Shown here: positions 1 through 10,740 of the stretch, one piece after another | Layout: each line of letters starts with the position of its first letter | Position numbering within the stretch: the first letter of the stretch is position 1 | Origin: an uncultured Gammaproteobacteria bacterium | GTDB taxonomy: Bacteria > Patescibacteriota > Microgenomatia > Levybacterales > GWA1-39-11 | NCBI GenBank assembly: GCA_964641355.1 | Contig: CAZXND010000001.1 | Span: 11,869 to 75,868 of the forward strand | Reading direction: 5' to 3' | Length of the DNA: 64,000 bases | Made by a program: the position numbers and the translations under genes | Notes under the pieces: model-generated | Told to the model about the DNA's origin: nothing | Databases searched by the model: none | What the model saw: only the letters and a program-made list of their open reading frames with translations

Positions 1-66
1 TTAATGAGTACTTACTCCCCATTTACGTTTTTTCAGGAAATGATTTCAAGGCTTACGTTCCAGCTC

Positions 67-1029
67 TTAAAGACTGATTAATTTTACTTTTTTTACTATT
101 TTATTTATTAACTCTTTTGTGTCTGAAAACCTATCAAAACTCTTTAGAACAACGACGATGTATGTTTTATTCTTCTGAGAAAGAGATGTTACCAAAACTC
201 CCCCAGCTTCTTCAGTATACCCAGTCTTAACCCCATTTACTCCATCTGTCCCTAAAAGAATATTTAGATTTGAGAGAGTATGACTTACTGGAATATTAAT
301 AGATGAGACGGTAGCGTTTTTAGTTGCAACGATTTTTCTGAAGGTATCATTTTTTAGCGCATATGCTGCTAATTTTGATAAATCTTTTGCGGTTGTAAAA
401 TTGACATCTTCAAGTCCAGATGGATCTACAAAATAAGTATCATTTAACCCCAACTCTGCTGCCTTTTCATTCATTCTAACAACAAATTCAGAGGTTCCAC
501 CGGGGTAATTCTCAGCAAGTGTTACAGCTGCATCATTTCCAGATGGTAAAAGTAAGCCATAAAGTAAATCAATAACTCTAATACTCTCTCCATTAAGCAG
601 ACCCATTCTTGATCCTTCGATAAATTGAGGTGTGCTTGCTGTAAGTATTCTATCTTGTGGATAAGTTTCAAGAGCAATTATTGCGGTCATTATCTTTGCC
701 GATGAAGCTGGAGGAAATCTAAAATCATCATTACGTCCATCTATTACAATCCTCTCTGTGGGATCGTAAACAATAAAAGAGGGAGAAGAGATACTTAGAT
801 TTTCTTTTTCATCAAAAATCGGCAAATCACTAGTGGAAATTGCTTTTGAAGAATAATCTTTGAAATCGTTTTTTGAAACTTTTGAAAGTAAAATAAAAAC
901 AGCAATTATTAGAACGGAGTTAAAAATAAAAAGAGAAAGAAATAGATAAAACTCTTTTCGCTTAAATAGGTTTTGTTTAAATTTTTTAACTTTTTGGTTC
1001 TTGTTTTTCGATAACTGAGAATCTTTCAT
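67..1029 (-). CDS. D-alanyl-D-alanine carboxypeptidase (serine peptidase S11, PBP5/6-like), membrane-anchored
   Basis: SxxK (SSAK), SxN (SGN) and KTG (KTGYT) motifs; N-terminal TM segment. Confidence 0.8.
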   Translation of the reverse strand: MKDSQLSKNKNQKVKKFKQNLFKRKEFYLFLSLFIFNSVLIIAVFILLSKVSKNDFKDYSSKAISTSDLPIFDEKENLSISSPSFIVYDPTERIVIDGRNDDFRFPPASSAKIMTAIIALETYPQDRILTASTPQFIEGSRMGLLNGESIRVIDLLYGLLLPSGNDAAVTLAENYPGGTSEFVVRMNEKAAELGLNDTYFVDPSGLEDVNFTTAKDLSKLAAYALKNDTFRKIVATKNATVSSINIPVSHTLSNLNILLGTDGVNGVKTGYTEEAGGVLVTSLSQKNKTYIVVVLKSFDRFSDTKELINKIVKKVKLISL

Positions 1030-2341
1030 CTACTCTCTCCATATCTCTTGGGTAGAGACTTGCCTCTCTAATATTTCCAAGACCTAATAATTTCCATGTT
1101 AATCTTTCAAGACCAAAGGAAAACCCCCCTTCAGGTGGCATTCCAAATTTAAAAGCTTGAAGATACATTGTAAACTTTTCAGGATCCACTCCGCGATCCC
1201 TCATTGCTAAGACCAGCTGATTGTAATCATTAATTCTTTGACTCCCACTCAAAACTTCCGTACCTCTAAATAAAAGATCGTAAGAGAGACTATACTCTGG
1301 ATTACTTGGATCTGGCATGGTATAAAAAGGCTTCTTGCTTAGTGGAAAATGAGTGATTGTAACAAAATCGCTATCATGCTTATCTTTAGCCCATTTACAA
1401 ATATCCATTTCATCCCCAGGGCCAAGGTCTGGTTCTTTTCTAACATCTCTTCCTGTCTCTTTAAAAATAATTTCTTGCGCTTCTCTTAAAGTTAATCTTG
1501 GAATTTTTCCCATACCTATTTTTGTGTAATTAAATTTCCCAAGCTCAAAAATACTGCTTTCTTCAACAATTTTTATAATACTTGTCCCAACTTTTTCGAG
1601 TAATGTTAGAAGTTCATCATAATCTACAAATCCAAATTCACAATCCATCTGCGTTGATTCTGATAAATGTCTTGTAGTGACAGATGGTTCTGCTCTATAT
1701 GCCCTAGAAATTGTATAAACTCTTTCAAAAACAGGAACCAACATCTGTTTATATAACTGTGGACTTTGAGAAAGATAGGCACGGTGTCCATAATAATTCA
1801 CGTCAAATACTTCAGTTCCCCCTTCTGTTGCTCCTGCAACTATAGTTGGAACAAAAACTTCGGTACAACCCAACTCTTCCACAATTTTTCTAAATGCATT
1901 GACGATTTCTGACTGAATCTTAAATATAGATCTTACCTTCGGATGGCGAAGGGTTAAAGACCTGTAATCCAAAAGAGTAGGCAGTTCTAAGTTTAACTCA
2001 ACCCCTCCCATATCGAAAGGCAAAACTTCTGGTTGGGAAATAATCTTAATTGAAGAAACAGAGATTTCCACTTTTCCTGTTGGAATATTATCGTTAACTG
2101 TATTGTGAGGTCGTTCTTTAACGGTTCCAACCACTTCTACAACACTTTCCGAACGAAGATCCGCAGCTGTAGCAAAAGCTTCGGAATTAGATTCATGCAA
2201 AACAAGCTGTAAAATACCTGTGTAATCGTTTAAATCCACAAATATCAACTTCCCATGATCACGCCTATTTCTAACCCAACCTTTGAGAGTTACATCTTCC
2301 CCCACAAGACTAGAAGCTTTAAGACAAAGAGTTCTTGTCAT
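986..2341 (-). CDS. aspS: Class II aspartyl/asparaginyl-tRNA synthetase (archaeal-type AspRS-like)
   Basis: N-terminal OB anticodon domain, QSPQLYKQ, FRAE..TRHL motif 2, GGFSFGLERL motif 3; about 450 aa. Confidence 0.75.
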   Translation of the reverse strand: MTRTLCLKASSLVGEDVTLKGWVRNRRDHGKLIFVDLNDYTGILQLVLHESNSEAFATAADLRSESVVEVVGTVKERPHNTVNDNIPTGKVEISVSSIKIISQPEVLPFDMGGVELNLELPTLLDYRSLTLRHPKVRSIFKIQSEIVNAFRKIVEELGCTEVFVPTIVAGATEGGTEVFDVNYYGHRAYLSQSPQLYKQMLVPVFERVYTISRAYRAEPSVTTRHLSESTQMDCEFGFVDYDELLTLLEKVGTSIIKIVEESSIFELGKFNYTKIGMGKIPRLTLREAQEIIFKETGRDVRKEPDLGPGDEMDICKWAKDKHDSDFVTITHFPLSKKPFYTMPDPSNPEYSLSYDLLFRGTEVLSGSQRINDYNQLVLAMRDRGVDPEKFTMYLQAFKFGMPPEGGFSFGLERLTWKLLGLGNIREASLYPRDMERVDERFSVIEKQEPKS

Positions 2342-2370
2342 TGCCCTATTATAACGGGAAACGCCTCAAC

Positions 2371-2405
2371 TTGACAAGGAACTTCCTATTTGATAGCATC
2401 CAAAA
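2371..2405 (+). promoter_or_regulatory. Sigma70-like promoter (TTGACA-17 nt-TAGCAT) upstream of ORF at 2420
   Basis: TTGACA at 2371-2376, 17-nt spacer, TAGCAT; GAGG RBS before the ATG at 2420. Confidence 0.35.
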
Positions 2406-2419
2406 TTAGAGGTATTAAT

Positions 2420-2716
2420 ATGAAATTATCTACTGAAGCAGGAAGGCATCTTACAACAAAATCAGATAAATTATCTGTAGTATTTGAAAAAGCACAAGCT
2501 CAACTAAAAGAGCAGCAAAGGAGAATGGGAAGAGTCGGTGAAGTTCATACTCCAAGAAGTGAAATGGTTGAAGCTACAGTACCTATTGAAATAAAAAACA
2601 AAGATGGAAAAGTAGTTAAAGGGTTTATTAATCCTAAAAATCCAGAAACAGCAGATGAGATACAACTTACCGCAGGACTTGATTTACTTCCAGAAGATAA
2701 AATTCCAACTAAGTAG
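2420..2716 (+). CDS. Hypothetical small soluble protein (start at internal ATG with RBS)
   Basis: ORF with GAGG RBS 8 nt upstream; no recognisable domain. Confidence 0.45.
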   Translation: MKLSTEAGRHLTTKSDKLSVVFEKAQAQLKEQQRRMGRVGEVHTPRSEMVEATVPIEIKNKDGKVVKGFINPKNPETADEIQLTAGLDLLPEDKIPTK

Positions 2717-4355
2717 TCTTGATTGCTCTTATTTTTAGTTGTAATTTATAACTCCCATTCCACCTATTTTCATCTATTACGTATGCGATTTTAACTTTAT
2801 CTCCTATGTGGAATTCAGATATTCTTTCCCCCAACCCAAAACCTATACCTTCGAAAAAAATATTTTCTTCTGAGAATTTAAATTTTAAGTGCTTTTTTGC
2901 ACCTACAAAAGTCATGTCATCAATTATTACATCGCTTGCAAAAACTGGTTCGTAATTTCCCATCCCAAACGGTGCGAACTGTTGTAATTTTTTATATAAA
3001 GAAGGTGTGATAAAAGAAAGTTTAAGTTTTAAATCAATATATAGAATTTTATCTAGAAGAGTTTTCTTTACAATTATCTCAGCTTTCTCTTTAAGAAATT
3101 CTTTAAATATTTCAATTTTCTTAGTTTCTATAGTAAAACCTGCAGCCATCGGATGACCACCTGCGTCAACCAAATACTCCTGACCCATTCTTATTAGTTC
3201 AATAATATTTACACCAGAAATCGATCGCGCTGAACCCTTAGAAAGCTTCTCCCCAACTGCGATAACAATTGATGGTCTATAATATTCTTCAACTAATCTT
3301 GAAGCAACAAGACCTATAACACCCTGACTATATTCTTCGTTATGTGAAATTATCAACTTTGTTGTTTCCTTAAAATCAGAAAATAAAACTTTTGCTTTAT
3401 CAGTATTCTTTTGTGTTAGATTTTGTCTTTCTTTATTTATTCCACCAAGATGCATCGCAAGCTCTTCCGCTCTTTTTTTATTTTTTGTACATACAAGTCT
3501 CAAGCTATCAAGTGCGTGTGCTATTCTCCCACTTGCATTTAATCTTGGTGCAATTATATGTCCTATTTCATAGGTATCTACATCCTCTCTTTTAATCCCA
3601 GCTTCCCTAAATAATTCAAGCAGACCTATCCGTTTTGTCTCTCTAATTTTTTTTAATCCAAAATATAATAAAATTCTATTTGCACCTTTTAATGGCACTA
3701 GATCTGCAACGGTTGCAAGAGCAACCAATTCAAGGAGATCATCTATATCTTTTTTAATAAACTCTCTTGCCAACATCCAAGCAACTCCTGTTCCACACAA
3801 TTTTGTTGTGTGAACTATGGAAAAAGCTGAAGGTAAAATTTTCCCGGAAACGTGGTGATCAGAAATTACAACATCTATACCGTTTTTTTTTGCAAAATTT
3901 ACCGCATCATTTGCAACAATTCCATTATCAACTGTAATTATAAGATCTATATCTTGATTTTCTGAAATCAAACTTTCAATTCCCTTTATGGATAATCCGT
4001 ATCCCTCATCAACTCTGTGAGGGATATAAGGCATTACGTTTTTATATTCTTTATACAACACTTCCCACAAGATCGCGGTTCCACAAATTCCATCCACATC
4101 ATAATCTCCATAAATTATTATTTTTTTATTTTTAGAGATTGTCTTCTTTATTCTCTTAATAGTTTTTTCTACTTCGACTTTATCTATTCCAACTAACTCG
4201 AGATTAACTTTGGATAGATCGGGGTTAAAAAATAAAGATGCTTCTTTTTTTGGAATTTTTCGATTAAGAATTAGCTGATTAATTATCTCCTCTTCATTTG
4301 TAAATTTATTTTTTTTACTTAAAAATTCCCACTTCTTCATCGATTTTTGTATCAT
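2709..4355 (-). CDS. recJ: Single-stranded-DNA-specific exonuclease RecJ
   Basis: DHH motifs (DYDVDG, DHH) and DHHA1 region. Confidence 0.9.
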   Translation of the reverse strand: MIQKSMKKWEFLSKKNKFTNEEEIINQLILNRKIPKKEASLFFNPDLSKVNLELVGIDKVEVEKTIKRIKKTISKNKKIIIYGDYDVDGICGTAILWEVLYKEYKNVMPYIPHRVDEGYGLSIKGIESLISENQDIDLIITVDNGIVANDAVNFAKKNGIDVVISDHHVSGKILPSAFSIVHTTKLCGTGVAWMLAREFIKKDIDDLLELVALATVADLVPLKGANRILLYFGLKKIRETKRIGLLELFREAGIKREDVDTYEIGHIIAPRLNASGRIAHALDSLRLVCTKNKKRAEELAMHLGGINKERQNLTQKNTDKAKVLFSDFKETTKLIISHNEEYSQGVIGLVASRLVEEYYRPSIVIAVGEKLSKGSARSISGVNIIELIRMGQEYLVDAGGHPMAAGFTIETKKIEIFKEFLKEKAEIIVKKTLLDKILYIDLKLKLSFITPSLYKKLQQFAPFGMGNYEPVFASDVIIDDMTFVGAKKHLKFKFSEENIFFEGIGFGLGERISEFHIGDKVKIAYVIDENRWNGSYKLQLKIRAIKTT

Positions 4356-4368
4356 ATATAATAACAGT

Positions 4369-5727
4369 ATGGAAGAAAGAATTGAAGAAGAAGTTAGAAG
4401 AGCTTATAAGCGAATAAAGAATTCAGGATTTGAAGTTTATCTAGTTGGAGGGTGTGTGAGGGATTTATTGATGAATAAGCTACCACACGACTGGGATCTT
4501 GCAACAAATGCAACACCTCAAGATCTTCAAAGTATATTTCCACACTCCTTTTATGATAATTCATTTGGCACCGTGGGAGTTCCTTATGGAAAAGAAGGAA
4601 TTTCAACGGTTCTAGAAATAACAACATATAGAAGAGACGTCAACTATAATGATTCTCGTCATCCAGAATATGTTGAATGGGGGAAAGATATTAACGATGA
4701 TTTATCAAGAAGAGACTTTACTGTCAATGCACTAGCTCTTGATTTAGACAGTGGGAAAATTATCGACCCATTTGAGGGACGAAAAGACATTGAAGCACAA
4801 ATAATTCGAGCAGTAGGTAATCCTGAAGCAAGGTTTAAGGAAGATGCTCTAAGACTCGCAAGGGCAATCAGATTTGCAAACCAATTAGATTTTGAGATTG
4901 AAGAATCTACCGAAAAGGCCATAAAGAGTGATGCAGAGTTAATTTTAAAAATATCAGGAGAAAGAATAAGGGACGAACTATTTAAAATTCTAGCAAGCCC
5001 CGATCCTTATAAAGGTGTTATGCTTCTTGATAAAGTTGGATTACTATCTTTAATTCTTCCGGAATTAGCAAGAGGTAAAGGAGTGAACCAAGCAAGACCC
5101 GGAAGACATCATACTGAAGACGTATTCACGCATAACGTTCTCTCTTTAAAGTTTTGTCCATCAATTAATCCTATTGTTAGATTTGCCACATTGATTCATG
5201 ACGTTGGAAAACCTTATGTCGAAGGGAGAGATGAAGAGGGATATGTAATCTTCTATAATCACGAAATTCAAGGTGCAAGAGTTGCAAGAGAAATTTGCGA
5301 TAGACTTAGACTATCAAAAAAACAAAGAGATAAAATCATTACCCTCATTCGCTGGCACATGTTTTCTGTTAATGAAAACCTTACTGACAGTGCCGTTAGA
5401 AGATTTATAAGAAGAGTCGGGTTTGAAAATGTAAAAGATATGATAGATCTAAGAATTGGAGATAGACTTGGTGGAGGTACTCAAACTCCCGAAAGTTGGA
5501 GACTGAAAAAATTTAAAGAAAGAATTGAGGAACAACTACATCCTCCCTTCTCAATGAATGACCTCGTTGTAAACGGAAATGATGTAATGTCTATATTAGG
5601 TATTGATCCTGGACCAAAAGTTGGTAAAATACTTGAATCCTTATTTCACGAAGTAGACCAAGATTTATCCAAAAATAACAGAGATTATTTACTTCACAAA
5701 ATGAAAGTTTTTAAAGAAGATAACTAA
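4369..5727 (+). CDS. cca: CCA-adding tRNA nucleotidyltransferase with HD domain
   Basis: GGCVRDLLM and RRDFTVNALA polymerase-beta motifs; HD (HHTEDVFTH) domain. Confidence 0.85.
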   Translation: MEERIEEEVRRAYKRIKNSGFEVYLVGGCVRDLLMNKLPHDWDLATNATPQDLQSIFPHSFYDNSFGTVGVPYGKEGISTVLEITTYRRDVNYNDSRHPEYVEWGKDINDDLSRRDFTVNALALDLDSGKIIDPFEGRKDIEAQIIRAVGNPEARFKEDALRLARAIRFANQLDFEIEESTEKAIKSDAELILKISGERIRDELFKILASPDPYKGVMLLDKVGLLSLILPELARGKGVNQARPGRHHTEDVFTHNVLSLKFCPSINPIVRFATLIHDVGKPYVEGRDEEGYVIFYNHEIQGARVAREICDRLRLSKKQRDKIITLIRWHMFSVNENLTDSAVRRFIRRVGFENVKDMIDLRIGDRLGGGTQTPESWRLKKFKERIEEQLHPPFSMNDLVVNGNDVMSILGIDPGPKVGKILESLFHEVDQDLSKNNRDYLLHKMKVFKEDN

Positions 5728-5783
5728 TACCGATAACCTCTCATTTTAAGATTGGAATCGACTGTTAACTTTTAATAAGCACT

Positions 5784-6983
5784 ATGAAAAAGTATTTTAC
5801 CTCAGAATCAGTAACAGAAGGACATCCTGATAAAATTTGTGATCAAATCGCAGACGCCATACTTGATGAAATTATTAAAAATGATCCTCTCGCCCGAGTA
5901 GCTGTCGAAGCACTTATAACCAATGGTGTAATCGTGGTTGCAGGAGAAGTAACGACTGATATTTATGTAGAAATTCCCGAAATAGTTAGAAGAGTAATAA
6001 AAGAGATTGGATATACAAATTCTGAGTATGGATTCCACTTTAGAACAAGTGGGGTCATGGTAGCTATCCACGCTCAGTCGAGTGATATTGCAAGGGGAGT
6101 CGATAGTTATCATGAAAACAAGAAAGGGAAAATTGTCACGGAAGATCTAGAAAAGCTTGGTGCTGGAGACCAAGGACTCATGTTTGGATTTGCATGCAAA
6201 GAAACTAGTGAACTTATGCCACTTCCAATTGTTCTAGCCCATAAACTATGCCAAAGACTTTCTGAAGTAAGAAAAAAGAATATTATTAAAGGACTTAGAC
6301 CGGATGGAAAATCTCAAGTTACAGTCGAATATGAAGGTGATAAACCAAAACGAGTAGCAAGAGTTTTAGTTGCAGCACAACATGATAATGATATAAAGCA
6401 ACCAATTCTTAGGAAGGAAGTTATCGAAAAAGTCATTAAAAAAACAATACCAACTCACTTAATCGACTCGAAAACTGAATTCTTAATAAATACAACTGGC
6501 AGATTTGTTACTGGAGGCCCAGAAGCAGATACAGGACTGACAGGGAGAAAAATCATAGTCGATACATATGGTGGATATAGTAGACACGGAGGAGGAGCGC
6601 TTTCTGGAAAAGATCCAACAAAAGTGGATCGTTCTGCTCAATATATGGCAAGATACGTGGCAAAAAATATCGTTTCTTCAAACTTAGCAGATAAATGCGA
6701 AATACAAATTTCATACGCCATCGGCAAACCAGAACCTTTTTCTGTTTATGTTGACACTTTTAATACGGGGAAGATCAACGACGAAAACTTATCTTTAATA
6801 GTCAATGAAGTATTTGATCTTAGACCAGGAATGATAATTAAGAAATTAGATCTTAGACGTCCACTCTATAAACAAGTAGCGGCGTATGGACACTATGGAA
6901 GAGGTGAATTGAATCTTCCCTGGGAAAAGACTGATAAAATTTCTGATATACTAAAGGCAGCTAAAAAATATGTTAAAAGATAA
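5784..6983 (+). CDS. metK: S-adenosylmethionine synthetase
   Basis: [18 protein letters not shown] and [17 protein letters not shown] motifs. Confidence 0.95.
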   Translation: MKKYFTSESVTEGHPDKICDQIADAILDEIIKNDPLARVAVEALITNGVIVVAGEVTTDIYVEIPEIVRRVIKEIGYTNSEYGFHFRTSGVMVAIHAQSSDIARGVDSYHENKKGKIVTEDLEKLGAGDQGLMFGFACKETSELMPLPIVLAHKLCQRLSEVRKKNIIKGLRPDGKSQVTVEYEGDKPKRVARVLVAAQHDNDIKQPILRKEVIEKVIKKTIPTHLIDSKTEFLINTTGRFVTGGPEADTGLTGRKIIVDTYGGYSRHGGGALSGKDPTKVDRSAQYMARYVAKNIVSSNLADKCEIQISYAIGKPEPFSVYVDTFNTGKINDENLSLIVNEVFDLRPGMIIKKLDLRRPLYKQVAAYGHYGRGELNLPWEKTDKISDILKAAKKYVKR

Positions 6984-7422
6984 ACTCCAAGAAGAACTTA
7001 AACAATCGATGCTAGCAAAAAATGAGTTAAGAACTTCTGTGATCAGACTGCTTTTATCAGCAATCACTTATCACGAAATTCAAAAAGGTGGAGCAGGATA
7101 CAAAGCAAGCGACGAAGATGTTATCGAAGTGGTAGGTCGTGAAATCAAAAAAAGAAGAGAATCTATAGAAATGTACGAAAGCGCAGCAAGAACAGAACTT
7201 GCGGATAAAGAAAAAAAAGAGCTTGAGATTTTACAAACATTTCTCCCCGAACAAATGAACGAAGAAGAAGTAAGACAGTTAGTAAAACAAGCAATAAAAG
7301 ACACGAATGCTAAAACTCCACAAGAGATGGGAAAAGTAATGGGAGCTCTAATGCCTAAGGTCAAAGGCAAAGCTGATGGAACAATGGTATCAAATCTAGT
7401 TCGTGAAGAATTATCCGCTTAA
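6970..7422 (+). CDS. GatB/YqeY domain protein
   Basis: About 150 aa; N-terminus LKQAMKAKD-like; typical YqeY architecture. Confidence 0.7.
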   Translation: MLKDKLQEELKQSMLAKNELRTSVIRLLLSAITYHEIQKGGAGYKASDEDVIEVVGREIKKRRESIEMYESAARTELADKEKKELEILQTFLPEQMNEEEVRQLVKQAIKDTNAKTPQEMGKVMGALMPKVKGKADGTMVSNLVREELSA

Positions 7423-7833
7423 AACTTTTTTAACAAAATCCATATCTCCTGGTAAAATCTCGAGATCCTCAATCTTCTTCATTGAAACCCAGCGAAAACT
7501 TTTTACATGATGATCTTTTTTTTGTTGTTTTTCCTTGGAAATATATCTACAATTAAATGCTAAAAGTATTGTATGCTGCTCTTTCCCATCTATGTAGTTC
7601 CAAGTACAGGTCCTTATTAAAGGAATTAAACCAATAACTTCTACTCTTATTCCTGTTTCTTCAAAAATTTCCCTTTTAACACTCGTCTCCGGAAATTCAT
7701 TAAAATCAATTTTTCCACCAGGTAACTCCCATTTTAAGTGTGCTGCTGGACACTCTTCTTCAAACCTTTGAGTCATTAATATCTTATCATCTCTAATAAC
7801 AACACCCATAACTACTGTGACTTGCGTTTTCAT
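7411..7833 (-). CDS. NUDIX hydrolase
   Basis: Nudix box GGKIDFNEFPETSVKREIFEETGI. Confidence 0.85.
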   Translation of the reverse strand: MKTQVTVVMGVVIRDDKILMTQRFEEECPAAHLKWELPGGKIDFNEFPETSVKREIFEETGIRVEVIGLIPLIRTCTWNYIDGKEQHTILLAFNCRYISKEKQQKKDHHVKSFRWVSMKKIEDLEILPGDMDFVKKVLSG

Positions 7834-7847
7834 AGGCTATGAATTTT

Positions 7848-8744
7848 CTATTTCTTATATTTTGATTTTCTTTGATCCCACTCGTACCAAGCAACAAGAA
7901 GAGGTGAAGCATTAAATATTGAAGAATATGTTCCGCTAACAATACCAACCAGAAGAGCTATAACAAACCAATGAATTGATTCTCCACCAAATAATAAAAG
8001 AGTAAACAATGAGATTACAACAGTTAAAGATGTGTTGAGAGAGCGATTAAGAGTTTCAAGTATTGAATTGTTTACAACGTTTTCGAAAGGTAAATTATAA
8101 TTTTTCTTAAGGTTCTCTCTAATTCTATCAAAAACAACTATCGTATCATGAACAGAAAATCCCATTACCGTGAGCAGTGCAGTAATAAAGAGAGAGTCCA
8201 CCTCAACTCCCAAAAGCTTACCTAGAATAGAAAAAACTCCAACAACAACTAAAACATCATGCAGTAAAGCAAGAATTGCACAAACTCCAAACTTCCAAGA
8301 AGAAATTGGGCGCGATACAGCTCTGAAAGCAAATGCGATATATAAGGCTATAGCTATTGACGCGAAAAACACTGCTTTAAGAGCATTCACCTCAGTCTCT
8401 CTTCCAATAGTTGGACCGACAGTTTCAAAGCTTTTTTCCCTTATATTCGGGTCACTCCTTTTTAAAAGTTCGATGATTTTAGAGTGCTGAGATTGCGTCA
8501 TGGGCTCAGACCTTATTACCAAACCGTCCCCATTCTTTTTTACAGATTGCATTTCAATCTTATTTTCTTTAAATATCTTTATTATGCTTTGGTTTTGACT
8601 GTTTATATTTGATATCTCGGTCAACGATCCTCCAGTAAAATCTATTCCATAATTAAGTCCAAACATAAATAAGGATATTATTCCCGGAATAATTACTATC
8701 GCAGAGATTATGAAATATATTTTTTTATACTTTATTAACTCCAT
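7848..8744 (-). CDS. secF: Protein translocase subunit SecF
   Basis: SecF N-terminal motif and RND-like TM architecture; adjacent to secD. Confidence 0.9.
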   Translation of the reverse strand: MELIKYKKIYFIISAIVIIPGIISLFMFGLNYGIDFTGGSLTEISNINSQNQSIIKIFKENKIEMQSVKKNGDGLVIRSEPMTQSQHSKIIELLKRSDPNIREKSFETVGPTIGRETEVNALKAVFFASIAIALYIAFAFRAVSRPISSWKFGVCAILALLHDVLVVVGVFSILGKLLGVEVDSLFITALLTVMGFSVHDTIVVFDRIRENLKKNYNLPFENVVNNSILETLNRSLNTSLTVVISLFTLLLFGGESIHWFVIALLVGIVSGTYSSIFNASPLLVAWYEWDQRKSKYKK

Positions 8745-8768
8745 GTTATTTTTCTAATCTATATCATC

Positions 8769-10109
8769 TTAGGACACACTCTTTTCTTTATTATCAAATA
8801 CAAGAATTAAACTTCTTGTTACCATAATCGCCGAAAACATTGATACTAAGATACCAATCGCAAGTGTAAATGCAAAACCACGGATTATACCACTACCAAA
8901 TTCAAAAAGTATAAAACAAGTTATAAGACTTGAAATATTAGAATCTCTAATAGAAGACCAAGCGCGAGCAAAGCCGAGTTTAACAACTATACTTTGTGGT
9001 TTTCCTATCCTTCTCTCTTCTTTCATTCTTTCAAAAATTAGTATATTAGCATCGACCGCCATTCCAATCGATAAAATAAATCCTGCAAATCCAGCTAAAG
9101 TTAGAGTCACTGGAATCAATTGGAAAATAAAGAGAACAGTTAATATATAAATAATAAGAGCAAAACAAGCAAGAATTCCTTCTTTTTTATAAAGAAATAT
9201 CATAAAAATGCATATAGAAATAAACCCTAAAATACCCCCCACGATACTTCTTTTTAAAGAATTGATCCCAAGAGAGGGTCCTATTGTACTTTGTGCAATT
9301 ATCTCAAGAGGTGCAGGCAATGCTCCGGCATTGAGCTGTATTTTTAAATTATTTGCGGACGGGACAGTAAATCCACCACTTATTACAGCATTTCCATTAA
9401 GAATTGGCTCATTAACTCTTGGAGCTTCGACTATCTCTTGATCTAAAACAATTACAATTGGCTTTCCTACGTTTTTTTTGGTAATACTAGCAAATTTGTT
9501 TGCCCCTTCTGGTGTAAAATTAAGCTGAACTTGAGGTTTACCTGTGTTCGAATCAAATGAGACGCTTGAACTTGTTAGATCTTTACCGCTAAGAGAGGTC
9601 ATTCTTGGTGAGGATCCTAAGATTAGAGATAAATTATTTATAAGAAACGACGAAGAAGTAGCGGGTTTTTGATCGGTCCCTTCCCAAAAACTAAGTTGAG
9701 CAGTTTTTCCAATTAGATTTTGCGCCTCAACCACATTTGTTGTCCCTGGAAGCTCAACAATGACTCTATATTCATCGCCCACTTTCAAGTTTTGAATTGT
9801 AGGTTCAGTAACACCAAAAAAATTAACTCTTCTATCAATAACATTTCTTACAGACTCGAATGCGCTTTCTCTATTTTCTTTTTTTATATTTTTAAGATCA
9901 ACCTTATAAGTAAGGCGCGACCCTCCTTGAAGATCTAATCCCAGTTTGAATTCAAAGTTTTTCTTTATTTTTACTAAACCAATATTTATATCAATTTTCT
10001 TTGAAGGAAGAGAAAATTGACCTACTCTAAAATCAGAAGGTAAATCTAAAAAAAGAAAAATTAATGAGAATATAAAAACAATCAGAAGAAAAAAACGAGG
10101 GTTTTTCAT
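8769..10109 (-). CDS. secD: Protein translocase subunit SecD
   Basis: GLDLQGGSRLTYKVDL motif; periplasmic domain plus 6 TM. Confidence 0.9.
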   Translation of the reverse strand: MKNPRFFLLIVFIFSLIFLFLDLPSDFRVGQFSLPSKKIDINIGLVKIKKNFEFKLGLDLQGGSRLTYKVDLKNIKKENRESAFESVRNVIDRRVNFFGVTEPTIQNLKVGDEYRVIVELPGTTNVVEAQNLIGKTAQLSFWEGTDQKPATSSSFLINNLSLILGSSPRMTSLSGKDLTSSSVSFDSNTGKPQVQLNFTPEGANKFASITKKNVGKPIVIVLDQEIVEAPRVNEPILNGNAVISGGFTVPSANNLKIQLNAGALPAPLEIIAQSTIGPSLGINSLKRSIVGGILGFISICIFMIFLYKKEGILACFALIIYILTVLFIFQLIPVTLTLAGFAGFILSIGMAVDANILIFERMKEERRIGKPQSIVVKLGFARAWSSIRDSNISSLITCFILFEFGSGIIRGFAFTLAIGILVSMFSAIMVTRSLILVFDNKEKSVS

Positions 10110-10114
10110 TAAGA

Positions 10115-10690
10115 CTAAGAAATCATTGACTCCTCATCTCCTATCAACATTATTCTTGAACCATTAATAATCCCCATAATAAAAGGGTCGCGCCGCTTTT
10201 TCCTAAAGTTAAATTCCTCCTCAGACATGACCGTATAATTTATCTCCTGCTTGCGCCTTCCCTCCTCTTCTCTAACAATTAAAGACAACTCCGGAACTAC
10301 TACTGTTCCAACAACTAATAAATCTATCTCTTCAGGATTATCTTTAATTCCTTTACCAAAGTTGCCTGAAATCATTGCGTATTTAACTTTTCCAAGCTTA
10401 ACTCTATTTTTTACAATATCGCCACCCAAACCAGTCATTTTTGCATTTACTCTAATGAGATCACTATAAAACGGGTAGGTTTTGTCTAGATAATAATAGA
10501 CTCTATTTGCTCGAGGTTCTCGCTTAAGTAGGCCTTTTTTTTCAAGAAGGAGAAGCTCTCGTCTTACTGCATTAATTTCTTCATTTACTCTCCTAACGAC
10601 CTCTCTCACATGGAACATATCTTCCTTGTTTTCCAAAAACAAAGATAGCAACTTTACCCTAGTTTTACTTGTCACTAAATCTCTTAACAT
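10115..10690 (-). CDS. Winged-helix (ArsR/archaeal-type) transcriptional regulator with uncharacterised C-terminal domain
   Basis: N-terminal wHTH-like segment (VREVVRRVNEEINAVRRELLLLEKKGLL). Confidence 0.45.
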   Translation of the reverse strand: MLRDLVTSKTRVKLLSLFLENKEDMFHVREVVRRVNEEINAVRRELLLLEKKGLLKREPRANRVYYYLDKTYPFYSDLIRVNAKMTGLGGDIVKNRVKLGKVKYAMISGNFGKGIKDNPEEIDLLVVGTVVVPELSLIVREEEGRRKQEINYTVMSEEEFNFRKKRRDPFIMGIINGSRIMLIGDEESMIS

Positions 10691-10740
10691 AGTAAGAGGG
10701 CAGTTTTACAAAACGAAAGAAGCACTAATAATACTCTTTA

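Noticed and set aside
986-2389. T-box or other leader upstream of the aminoacyl-tRNA synthetase genes (aspS, serS, lysK, lysS)
   Set aside because: The upstream intergenic spaces are 4-50 nt, or are coupled to the preceding gene, which is too short for a T-box.
3392-3595. Short ORFs embedded antisense or out of frame inside large genes (for example 3392-3595, 4394-4627, 4659-4922, 5808-6113, 7080-7370, 8170-8490, 9208-9441, 9720-9938, 19537-19875, 28142-28417, 38128-38637, 42675-42989, 53683-53955, 55016-55370)
   Set aside because: Each lies fully within a well-supported CDS on the other strand or frame. They have low-complexity or hydrophobic-junk composition and no RBS, as expected for AT-rich shadow ORFs.
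5728-5783. SAM riboswitch upstream of metK
   Set aside because: Only a 56-nt spacer, too short and lacking the conserved SAM-I core.
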